Shown: positions 24,402 through 34,414 of the stretch, piece after piece
How positions within the stretch are numbered: position 1 is the first letter of the stretch
Layout of the letters: each line of letters starts with the position of its first letter
NCBI GenBank assembly: GCA_013239625.1
Contig: MU054029.1
Coordinates: 82,679 to 117,092 of the forward strand
Length of the DNA: 34,414 bases
Direction of reading: 5' to 3'
From: Lama guanicoe
Taxonomy: Eukaryota
Made by a program: the position numbers and the translations under genes
Notes under the pieces: model-generated
Told to the model about the DNA's origin: nothing
Databases searched by the model: none
Seen by the model: the letters and a program-made list of their open reading frames with translations, nothing else

Positions 24402-24769
24402 GACTGATTGTGGATAATCTGCAAACTTGAAAAGCAACCAAGATGGAATCACTGCAGGTACATTCTACTTTAAATAGCCGTGTGCAAACATAAACATGGA
24501 GGAATCATACAAAAGGATTTGTTGGTGTAGGGAAGGGTTTCTGCACATTACAGGCGAAGGCAAGGCAGAATTCCTCTCCTTTGTATGCAGGGACGTGAGT
24601 CCACCATTCTTTTCTGTAGTGGTTTCTGAGAACAATTTATGGTAATTAACCAACATTGACAAACTGTGGAACACAATGCATTTAAGAGCTGGCCAGCTGC
24701 AGATTGTTTATTGGAAGGTGGATTTCATAGGCAAGTGGTCAGGTGGATGGGAGAGAGAGGGAGCCCAGG

Positions 24770-24960
24770 CCTGGGCCCAGATTCAGGTTTAAATCGCCAT
24801 TTCCTCACCATAGAGCCTTGGACTAGAATGTAACCTCTCTTAACCTGTTGGTGAATCTGTGAAATGGGCATGATAATATTCCTTTGTTCCTGGGATTGTT
24901 GTAAGTTGTAAAGAGTATTATAGCACACATGAAGCACTTAACACACTGGCAATTAGCAGT
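24770..24960 (+). mobile_element. MIR SINE
   Basis: CCTTGGACTAGAATGTAACCTCTCT...ATCTGTGAAATGGGCATGATAAT...GGATTGTTGTAAG...GAAGCACTTAACACA. Confidence 0.7.
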
Positions 24961-26919
24961 GTTCACTTTGTCCGGCCACCCTGCTTGGCGTGTGTCAGAG
25001 CCATAAAGGCAGCATGTGTCTGTTGAGGGCGCACTGGTAGCCCCTTGAAAAGGTTGTGAATTTGGTGATTTCCTTAATCCTTGTAACTCTGTGTGCCATG
25101 GGCAATTATTTTCATGGACAGATGAGGAATCTCAGGGTAAAGAAGACTGTGTAATTTGCCCTAACTCAGGCCATAATTTTCGGTGCAGGGGCCTCGGTTC
25201 AGCATGGGCCCCTGGGCCTTATACCGCCTTCATCCAGCACCAGAGCCAGATGTTGGCTCGGCTTTCATCCAGCCCAGAATACCCAGCAGGCAGCAAGACA
25301 CACCTGGCCCTGTGCTGCTTGAGCAAAAACTCCGGAGGGGAGGCAGTTACAAAAGGTATAATAATAAAAACAGGCGATTGCAAAATGTGATCAGCTCTGA
25401 GAAGGAAAGGAACACGTCTCGCCGTGCAGAGCTGGGAACTTTCCCATCAGGGCTGCTCTGGGTACGTTCATCTCAGCTAAACAAGCTCTGCTGTTGCACC
25501 AAGGCAGGAAGGCAGGGCACGTGTGACCAGGTAGACAAGGCCTCGTTGTTTATACTCATTCCCCATTTAGCAGTAGCTGTCATGAGCACTTACGTAGTAA
25601 ACAGATGTCGGCCATAATCATCATGCACTTTGCTTGGTAGTTTTATCCCCCACTTTTGAGATGAGGTAATTGAAGCTGGGGAGTTTGCTGCATGCCCATG
25701 ATTACCTTGGAAATACCCCGACTGGTCTTTCAACTTAGACTGGTGTGGCTGTCATGTCCCAGCCCTGACCTGTGAATGGTGTAGCTTCTCCCAAGTGGCC
25801 CAAATGACTGACATTGATTTTCTTAATTCATAGGAAATGGTATGTGACAATAGGGAAAAAGGTAGTAAGAAATTGTTTGGAAAAATACAAAAAAATTCCT
25901 ATTCTTCCCCAGCTGGGGAAACGTGCCGTCACTCACCCAACTCACTGCCTGGCACCTCCTCCCTGCTGACTCCATGTTCAGAAGCCACTCTGAGCCTTTG
26001 AAGAACATTTTGCCTTGTGACACTGTTGACTAAAACCTGTGACCTCTCTGTCCCTGGTTTACTCTCGCTTCAAAGCCATTTAAATTTTATGCAGGCTCCT
26101 CCACACAGATGTAAGAGTAGCCTCTTTAAACTTCTTGATGCAGCTCCTTAATGAAGATCTTGTGAAGGAAACCTAGCCAAAACCTGGGGGGTATGCACAT
26201 AGTGACTGTAAGCTCAGCACTTTGTGAAGTTCAGAATCAGATGAGTGGGTGACTCAGGAAAGACTTTTTTAAGGTGGCAAGGGGAAAGTGAAAGGATGCA
26301 GGCTGTGTGAGACAGAAACATCTCGATTCCAGCCAGCAAGGCACCAGAGTTCAGGATGATGTGTGGAGAGTGCAGAATTCTCACAAAGAAAGAATTGGTG
26401 GGATCAGAGGGAGGACAGTTAGGTTTTTACTGGGGAAGGGCAACGTGGGCTGAACATTTCCTGGTTGAACAAGAGGAATGTGACATGATGTGCTTGTATT
26501 TTGGAGAGAAGGGTTTTGTGGGGTTAGGCCTAGGGAGAACGCTCTCTGGCTGGGGATTCAGCACAACAGAGAAACACAGAGAACTGGGTCAACCACAAGC
26601 CCCTGCTGGGGGAGGGGCTGCCCGCCAATTGGAGCCTTTGGTGCTGCTTCTGTCCCTTAGCTGGGGCCTAAGAGCTCCCTTCACAACCCTGTCCTGTTGA
26701 TACAAGTAAAAACGTGGGGCATGAGAAGGGCTCTGTCCCAGCATTTGGTTGAACCCCTGGGATGTGCCCCGCTGGGTGTGGGTCCTTGGCTTCATGCAGG
26801 AAAGTATTCAAAAGCAAGCCAATTTTGAGTAAATGTAGATTTATTCAGAGATAAATATTGAAAGGCAAGAGAAACCCCATGAAGTTTTGGGGTTGTATGC
26901 TCAGATTAAAAGTAGGTAC

Positions 26920-27122
26920 TGGGATTTCAAAATTGTAGAATAGATAATCAAGATTATACTGTATAGCTCAGGGAAATTTACACAAAACTTTATGGTAACA
27001 GAGAAAAGAATGTGACAATGAGTGTTTATATGTGCACTTAAGACTGAAAAATTGTGCTGAATGCTGGAATTTGACACAGCATTGTAAAATGATTATAAAT
27101 CAATTAAAAATCTTAAAAAAAA
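26920..27122 (+). mobile_element. 5'-truncated L1 3'UTR end with its A tail
   Basis: GATTATACTGTATAGCTCAGGGAA...CATTGTAAAATGATTATAAATCAATTAAAAATCTTAAAAAAAA is a cetartiodactyl/camelid L1 3' terminus. It is preceded by a TT|AAAA endonuclease site. Confidence 0.9.
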
Positions 27123-27433
27123 GAATGTGAGGAAGTTTTCAAGGGATGTTTCCAGATATAAAACCCTTTTTGAGCATTTTTATATTTAATGTGAAATGCA
27201 TTTTTATTTGAAAGTTGACCATAGTTGAACTTAATTCTTTCAAATATGGCAGGATTTTTTATTTTTTTCAATTTTTTTTCCTCTCTCTTTTTTTTTTCTA
27301 GAGTATGAAATCTGTTAGAACTAGGGTAAAACGTAAACAAAGACTTGCTGACTTTAAAGTGTCATCTGTTGACTGTAATTCTTACAAAACGTCTGTATTT
27401 TGAAATAAAAATCTTTAATGCTAACTGAAAAAT
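27123..27433 (+). other. L1 3'-transduced non-L1 segment
   Basis: Lies between the L1 A tail and the second TSD copy (AAAAGTAGGTAC at 26908-26919 and 27434-27445). It has its own AATAAA at 27404-27409 and an A remnant at 27428-27432. Confidence 0.85.
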
Positions 27434-28046
27434 AAAAGTAGGTACACACTCCACAGACACAGTGTGGGACTTCTCCAAAGAGGGAGAAAGAGGGGTGACA
27501 GCGAGGTGGCGCTGTGTTGCTTGTTTTCATGGGCTTGGCAGTTTCATATGCTAATAAGTAGAAGGACCAGCCTAAGGGCAAAGGAATGGAAATAACACGA
27601 AGTTGGCCATTTCCCACACTTTGACCTTTTCTGGCTAGCCATGGGACTGACATGGTGCCTGGGGCTTGTTATTCACCATGTTACTATTACAGTGGGTGTA
27701 TAATGATGCTCAAGATCTGCTAGAAGTTAAATCTCTTCATCCTGAGCCTCAAGGCCTATTTAGGATTGAATGCTTCACCATCTTGATGTTAATTGCTGTG
27801 GCCTTCCTTGAATGGCTGTGCTCTGCCCCCTTCCATCCTGTCTCACTGTGATGACACAGAGAGAGCAAAGTCCGGGCCCAGCCTGTGCTCCTGCATTTAA
27901 CATGGGGAGGGGTGGTGTGGGCTGAGGATGACTCTGAGTGGTGAGAAGGATGTTTCACATTTTCCCACATGGGAAATGGGGACCTGTCAGCAGCCACCAC
28001 AGATTTATCTCACGGGCATTATTGCTTGTGTCACACATCTTTTTCT

Positions 28047-28253
28047 ATTTTCCTTTTTTTTTTATGTATTTAATCGAAATTTAATATCAGATTTTTTCTT
28101 AAAGAAATTTCTCTTTTCCTTTTCTTTGGGGCTCTTTTTGAGGGGTAGGCAATTAGGTGTATTTATCTGTTAGTGGAGGCCCTGGGGTTTGACCCCAGAA
28201 TCCCGTGCATGTTAAGCATTCGCTCTACCACTGAGCTCTACCACCCACCCCAT
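28047..28253 (-). mobile_element. tRNA-Ala-derived SINE (Vic-1 type, Tylopoda)
   Basis: Minus strand AGAGCTCAGTGGTAGAGCGAATGCTTAACATGCACGGGATTCTGGGGTCAAACCCCAGGGCCTCCA, followed by CCTAATTGCCTACCCC and an A-rich tail. TSD CATCTTTTTCT at 28036-28046 and 28254-28264. Confidence 0.88.
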
Positions 28254-28599
28254 CATCTTTTTCTTTTTACTTTAGCTGCCAAGAATCTTACAGCTGAATA
28301 TCTAGTCCATCTTTAACACTTACCCTGACTTCAAGGCATCCATTTTTATGACTTTATCTTCCCCTGGTTTTATTTAAGTATTGAATCTCCTTTTTCTCTT
28401 CACTCTCACTTTTGTCTTTTTGTTGTTATGGTTGTTAAGCAGTGTTTAAAAAATTGTTTAAATTCTCTTTTAGCAGGAAGCTGAAAGTAAATATATATGT
28501 AAGCAAATTTATCATACTTAAATGCTTTTATACATTCTAAGCTGTTTAGTAGTTGCTTAAAAACCGAATGGAATATTAAATTGATAATATTTTAAAATT

Positions 28600-28760
28600 A
28601 TTTTTTAATTTTTTATAAAGGTATAGCTGATTTACAATATGATATAAGTTTCAGTGTGTTCAATAGGTGCACAATTTTTAATATTATGCTCCTTTAATTT
28701 TTTTGTAAATTATTGGCTATATTACCTGTGTTGTGAGATACATCCCTGTAGCGTGTTTAT
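28600..28760 (-). mobile_element. L1 3' end fragment (cetartiodactyl type)
   Basis: T-rich tail, then GGTATAGCTGATTTACAATATGATATAAGTTTCAG...TATTGGCTATATTACCTGTGTTGT. Confidence 0.8.
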
Positions 28761-29085
28761 GTTACATGTAGCAATTTGTATAAGAAAGTTAGGTAACGCA
28801 GAATCTGGGGCATGGCTGTGTCTGACCCAGGTTCACGGTCACCCTGCCTGTCAGGGCCCAGGCCCTCACTCCAGTCTGCAGGGCAGCGAGTGGAGGCAGC
28901 ACTCATTAGTGCTGGTATCAACCTCTGAGTGGCAGTGACAGCAGTGACTGTCTGTGGACGTGCAAAGTGTTGTTCCAGGAGCTTTACATGCATTTCTGCA
29001 TTTAATAATTAAAGCCCTCCTGTGAGGAATCGTTTTATGTTTTTAATGAATAATATATTTTATTTTAATTTTGATAGAATTCAAA

Positions 29086-29254
29086 NNNNNNNNNNNNNNN
29101 NNNNNNNNNNNNNNNNNNNNNNNNNNNNNNNNNNNNNNNNNNNNNNNNNNNNNNNNNNNNNNNNNNNNNNNNNNNNNNNNNNNNNNNNNNNNNNNNNNNN
29201 NNNNNNNNNNNNNNNNNNNNNNNNNNNNNNNNNNNNNNNNNNNNNNNNNNNNNN
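29086..29254. other. Assembly gap (N run), probably hiding the L1 3' tail
   Basis: 169 consecutive N. Confidence 1.
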
Positions 29255-30321
29255 TTCCACATGTGGGCGATCTCATACGGTACTTTTCTTTCTCTTTCTG
29301 GCTTACTTCACTTAAAATGTCATTCTCCAGGTCCATTCATGTTGCTACAAATGGCATTAATTTATTATTTTTTTATGGATGAATAGTAGTCTAATGCACA
29401 AATATACTACAACCTCTTTATCCAGTTATCTGTCAGTGGACATTTAGGTTATTTTGATGTCTTGCTATTGTAAATAGTGCTGCTCTGAACATTGGGGTGT
29501 AGGTGTCTTTTTGAATTAGGGTTCCTTCTGGATATATGCCCAGGAGTGGGATTGCTGGGTCATATGGGAGGTCAAGTTTTTGTCTTTTGAGGAATCTCTA
29601 TACTGTTTTCCACAATGGCTCCACCAAACTGCATTCTCACCACACTGTAGGATCGTTCCCTATTCTCCACAGCCTTTCCAGCATTTATTGTTTGTGAACT
29701 TCTGAATGATGGCTATTCTGACTGGTGAGAGTTGATATTTGATTGCAATTTTGGTTTGCATTTCTCTGATAATGATATTGAGCATTTTTTCATGTGCATA
29801 TTGGCCATTTGTATGTTTTCAATGGAGAAATGTTTGTTTAGGTCTTCTGCCCATTTTTGGATTTAATTGTTTGTTTTTCTTTCTTATCAAAAGTAAAAGC
29901 TGTTTATAAATTCTGGAAATTAAGCCCTTATCAGTTTCATTCAATGTAAACATATTCTTCCATTCCATAGGTGGTCTTTTTGTTTTGCTTACTGTTTCCT
30001 TTGCTATTCAAAAGCTTGTAAGTTTAATTAGATCCCACTTATGTAAATTTTCTTTTATTTCTATTCCTTGAGTAGAATTCTCTAGGAGAACATTGCTGAG
30101 ATGTATGTCAGATGATTTGCCTATGTTTTCTTCTAAGAGTTTTATAGTGTCTTGTCTACATGTTTAAGTCTTTAAGCCATTTTGAATTTATTTTAGTGTA
30201 TGCTGTGAGGGAGTAGTCTAACTTCATTGATTTATATGCTGCTGCCAAATTTTCCCTACACCATTTGCTGAAGAGGCTATTTTTATTCTATTGTATGTTC
30301 TCACCTCCTTTGTCAAAGATT
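29255..30321 (-). mobile_element. L1 fragment: ORF2 C-terminal region, 5'-truncated
   Basis: Minus ORF MDLENDILSEVSQKEKEKYRM is the L1 ORF2 C-terminus. Also CAGGAGTGGGATTGCTGGGTCATATGG and TTTGCATTTCTCTGAT. Confidence 0.93.
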
Positions 30322-30479
30322 CAAAAACCAAATGTTTGCAGGAAGATTCTTGGTAATTTTGTTTATCCATTCATTGATGGATGGATATCGTTTGTAACTT
30401 TTGGCTACTCTGAAAGATACTGCTATGAATATTGATGTACAAGTTTTTGTGAGAATAAGTTTTCATTCTTTTGGCTGTA

Positions 30480-30619
30480 GGGTTGGCCCATCTTATGTGT
30501 AGTTTCCACTTCATGGATCCAGATGGCTGATTGTAAAGAGAATTGGACATCCTTGTGTTATGGTATCCAGGGTGAGGGGTTCCTTAAACCATCCCCCTGA
30601 GGATTCTAAGGGATGACTC
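30480..30619 (+). mobile_element. TcMar-Tigger (MER2-related) miniature DNA transposon
   Basis: The ends GGTTGGCCCATC... and ...TGGTATCCAGGG...AACCATCCCCCTGAGGATTCTAAGGGATGACT resemble MER2/Tigger2 termini. It interrupts the L1M. Confidence 0.7.
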
Positions 30620-31025
30620 AATATGTAGGAGTGGAATTGCTGAGCCAAATAACTCTAATCTTTTGAGAAAACACCAGACTTCTGCAAAGAAGCTGCACCA
30701 TTGTTCCTTTCCAATGGCCGCAGATAAGGTATCTCTTCCTCCTGAACGACACTTGTTATTGTCCATGTTTGATTATAACCATACTATTTGGTGTAAAATG
30801 AGATCGCATTTTGCTATTGATTTAGCTAGTGATGCTGAGCATCTTTTCATATGCTTATTGGACATTTGTGCATCTATTTAAATCCTTGGTAAATTTAAAA
30901 ATTGGGTCGATTTTCTTTGTATTGTTCAGTTGTAAGCATTTGTTATATATCCTGGATACTAGTCTCTTATTACATATATGCTTTGTAAAATGTTTTTCCT
31001 ATTCTGCAGATTGTCTTTTCACTTT

Positions 31026-31143
31026 AGTTTTCTTAAACATTAAAACAATTTCTTTATAGGGGAGGTAATTAGATGTATTGATTTATTTTATTTTTCTTGC
31101 TAAGCACGCACTCTATCGCTTGAGATACCTTCTTCCCCTGTAA
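31026..31143 (-). mobile_element. Internally deleted Vic-1-type SINE
   Basis: GGGGAGGTAATTAGATGTATTGATTTATTT joined directly to TGCTAAGCACGCACTCTATCGCTTGAG. Flanked by a TTTCACTTT direct repeat. Confidence 0.75.
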
Positions 31144-32619
31144 TTTCACTTTTTTGATGATGTCATTTGAAAGAAAAAAGTTTTAATTTTGATGAAGTCC
31201 AGTTTATCTGCCTTTATCTTCTGTCACTTCTGCTCTTGGTATTGTATCTAGGAAACCAAAACCTATCCTAGGACCACAAAGATTTATAATGTCCCTTCTT
31301 TTAGAAAGTTTATAGGTTTAGTTTTTATATTTCTGTCTGTGATACAATTTGAATTAATTTTTATTTGTTATATACAATATGGGGGTCCAGATTCCAGATT
31401 CATTCTTTTGCCTGCAGATACCTAGCTGTCCCTGCACCATTTGTTGAATAGACTCTTCTTTCAATGGAGTGTTGTTGGCACTCTCGTGGAAAACTGATTG
31501 TAAATGTAAGCATTTCCCCTCTGGGTTTTTATTGTGTCTCACTGATTTATTTATCGAAACTTATGCCATCACTATACTGACTTGAGTACTATAGCTTTTT
31601 AGTAAACTTTAAAATGAGTCCTCCAACTTTGTTCTACTTTTTCAAGATTGTTTTGGCTGACCCCGGTCCCTTGCACTTCCATATGAATTTTGGTATCAGT
31701 TTTTCAATTTTTGCAAAGAAGTCAGCTGGAATTTTGATAGGGATTCCACTGAATATGTAGATCACTTTGGGGAGTCTTAACATTTTTAACAATATTGTCT
31801 ACCATTCCATGAACATGGGATGTCTTCCGTATATGTAAATCTTTTAAATTTTTTTCGGTGATACTTCAAAATATTCAGTGTACAAATCTTGTAAATTTTT
31901 GTTAAATGTATCTCTCATTTCATTTTTAATGCTGTTGTAAATGGAAAGGCTGAGCTTCTTAAGGGTGGGAGTATATATCAATTTGTTTATTTCTAGGATT
32001 CCTACACTGCAAATACCCTAGGTTTAAATTTGCTACATAAATCTATCCACATCGCTTCCCACCCCCGTGTTATAAGAATCCAAGACCCAAGTTAGGCTAC
32101 CTGAACACCTATGTGGAAGTGAGAAATGAGACCCTTGGGTGGGGTTTTGTGCAGATGATACTTAGAGCTTATTCAGGATGGCTTTATCTTAATTTCTTTT
32201 AAACAACCCTTTTGGTGTATTTAGTCAGATACATTAAGAACATGCCCTTTGATATGCAGAGGAGCTAAGACTATCATTTTCAAATAATTTCTAGTGAGAG
32301 TGTTGTATTGAAACCCAATTTGCATCAATCTTTGAAGATTTATGTTTCAGGAGCTTTGACTAAACAACGCATGCCTTTATTCAATAATGACAACTAAATG
32401 CTCAAGCAACGTGAAAGAGTTTGAGCAAACTGCCCCCGCCCAGTAGTACTGGTTGGCTTCAGCTGTAAATGGAGTCAGCACTTACCTCTCCCAGTACACT
32501 TGTGCTCATCTACTCAAAGGGGTTCATCCAACAGTTTGTCTGTAGTCTATTGGACAAAGCCATAAAGCATTGATTTAAGGTTGCTGGAGTGAAATATATT
32601 CTTATTAATATTAAGTAAG

Positions 32620-32740
32620 CACATATTGAGTGCTTACTGTATGATGGAATTGTCCCTCAGCCTCACATGAATATTATTTCTCTTAAAACCTCACATATTT
32701 CCAATTGTTATTCTTACAGATAAGGAGACTGAGAATTACG
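32620..32740 (-). mobile_element. MIR fragment
   Basis: ATATTGAGTGCTTACTGTATG...TTCTTACAGATAAGGAGACTGAG. Confidence 0.65.
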
Positions 32741-33029
32741 TCTTCTCTCTTTTGGGGGGAGCTCATTATCAATGACTTGAAGTTGTAAGGAAAAAGATAT
32801 TGTTTCTTCCTGAAAAAACATTTTTTTGTGAGTCAGCATTGAAGAGGGTGACCACTGAAGAAGGTGATCATTGTTCGAGTGAGATGAGCCCCAAGTTGTA
32901 CGGAGTCAGCATCTCTGTCCTGGACACGGACAATGCAGAGCTTCGTAGTGGGTGAGAAGGCACGGCTGCACAGGGAACGTGGATGCCATGCCGTTGGGCT
33001 GTGCTCAGGCCAGGTGTGGCTTTCCCTTA

Positions 33030-33700
33030 AGGGCAGTGGATGATCATTGACAGATTTTAAGTAAGGGAGTGGGGTGCTCTTGTAGATCACTTTTGTATTT
33101 TAGAATGCTTGGAAACATTTAGAAGGCTCGGCAGGAGATGATGTGATGAGTCAGAGTAGGGTGGCTGTGAGGTGTAGCAGTGTTCAATTTTTAAGTGATT
33201 TTCAGTCCCAGGTTTGTGGCTGAGTAGCCGTGTCACTTTGGATGACACACTCAAGGAAGTGAAACAATTTAATCAATTAAAGAAGTGACATACCCACTTC
33301 CCAGGACTGCTGTGGAGATCCAGTGATATAACGTGTGCACAATGTGCAGTGTGGTCCCCAGGAGAGTCAGTGCTGAGTGAGTGCCAGTGAGTACCTGGAA
33401 GAACAGGTGTGTGTGGTGGGGCTTGGTGACTGTGGAAATCTGGGCCCTGAAGGATGGGTGCAGTCACATCTGTGAGAGATGGGCCCGTGCTGGGAGAGGC
33501 AGGGAGAACTTGCCCCCCGACCAGGAGCCCTGGGTAGGCCTGCTATGGGAGGAGACCCATGAAGTCAGGTCTTTGTATGTGGAGTTGGAGGTGCCCTTGA
33601 GACATCTAAGTGCAATGTCACGAGCTCAAAGAGGAGGTCTGGGCCCGGGCTGTGCACTTTCCTATAATCTCAATCCCTGAGGACGCAGAGGTATTGATCA
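33030..33700 (-). mobile_element. Degraded L2 fragments
   Basis: GGATGATCATTGACAGATTTTAAGTAAGGGAGTG and GAGTTGGAGGTGCCCTTGAGACATCTAAGTG resemble reverse L2. Boundaries are approximate. Confidence 0.5.
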
Positions 33701-34414
33701 CTGAAAGTGAACTCATACTTTACAGGACAAGTGAATAGTAGTATCATCTCTGTCATCAAAGCTCACGTCTCTTTATTCATCACTCACTTTGCTACTTTGG
33801 TACTTACAGGGCGGTTCTTCACTGCCCTCCCCTGGGCTCAGGCTCCACAGTAAAGAGCTGGTGAGCCTCCCTCTTTTCCAGAAGAAGACACATTTAGCTG
33901 GTAGCATTCTATACCTCACCAGACGTAGAATTTTAGCTTGTTGTTTTAATTCTATTTTCTGTTGGCCATCTCCTGACAGGAGAGAAGTTTTACCTCATGG
34001 TCATGTTTCAACAAGCTATTACAGAGAATTGCTGATCTGATCCATAGTGTATGTATTCTATTAACTTTGTAGAGTATTTCTCATTTGTCTGTCTTTGCCC
34101 TTTAATTTTGTATGCCACTTCAAGGCTCTATCCTATATGTGGCCTTATTTTTTTTAATTAAAAAATGTCTGATAGTTAAGAAAACAAAAGCAAAGAAAAA
34201 ATGCACATGATATCTAAATTTAGAAAATATCTAGTGTGTTTCCTGCCTCGGCAATGGAGGGATATAGAAACTTGTTAAAACCTTCATTACACAAGTTCCT
34301 TAAAATATTGATTAAGAAATAAAACCTTCCTTCCTCATCTTTCAAGCTGCATAGCTCATTGTCAAGAAAGTGAGGGGAAATACTCAGAATCCAAGACAAA
34401 CCAGAAAGGGATTC

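Larger units (their letters stand above)
26698..27845 (-). mobile_element. ERV1-class solo LTR (~622 bp net), split by an L1 insertion
   Basis: The minus strand runs TGAGACAGGATGG...GTATCA, with AATAAA at ~26840. 4-bp TSD CTGT at 26694-26697 and 27846-27849. Confidence 0.85.
30355..31946 (-). mobile_element. Older L1M (ORF2 3' half) carrying nested insertions
   Basis: AGGAGTGGAATTGCTG, GCACCATTTGTTGAATAGAC, CTCCAACTTTGTTC and CCATGAACATGGGATGTCTT. More diverged than the adjacent L1. Confidence 0.85.

Noticed and set aside
28160..28253. tRNA-Ala gene
   Set aside because: Degenerate, with a SINE tail and a TSD. It is a SINE head.
32480..32550. Minus-strand exon-like segment with a GAG|GTAAGT donor
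   Set aside because: Stops in all three frames and no supporting neighbouring exons.
33810..33860. 51-nt exon-like segment (ACAG|...CTG|GTGAGC)
   Set aside because: Weak pyrimidine tract and an unrecognised peptide. Likely chance.

Overview
Mammalian, repeat-rich non-coding DNA. It is very probably camelid: two tRNA-Ala-derived Vic-1-type SINEs and camelid-style L1 ends are present. No host protein-coding gene is recognisable. Main contents: (1) the 5' half of a dead, near-full-length L1 on the minus strand (1-~4042; 5'UTR, ORF1, spacer, ORF2 endonuclease; frameshifted); (2) a structurally complete but non-autonomous ERV1/MER41-like provirus on the minus strand (18636-24401), with two LTRs, a 4-bp TSD, a tRNA-Arg PBS, a leader tandem repeat, an integrase C-terminal remnant and an internally deleted env; (3) two ERV1-type solo LTRs with 4-bp TSDs (13591-14130, 26698-27845); (4) inside the second solo LTR, an L1 3' transduction bounded by a perfect 12-bp TSD that carries about 310 bp of foreign DNA resembling an intron end plus a terminal exon with a poly(A) signal; (5) old L1M, MIR, L2 and Tigger fragments, an unexplained ~283-bp insert at 9201-9483, and two assembly gaps. 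Family names come from recalled consensus sequences, not from database searches.
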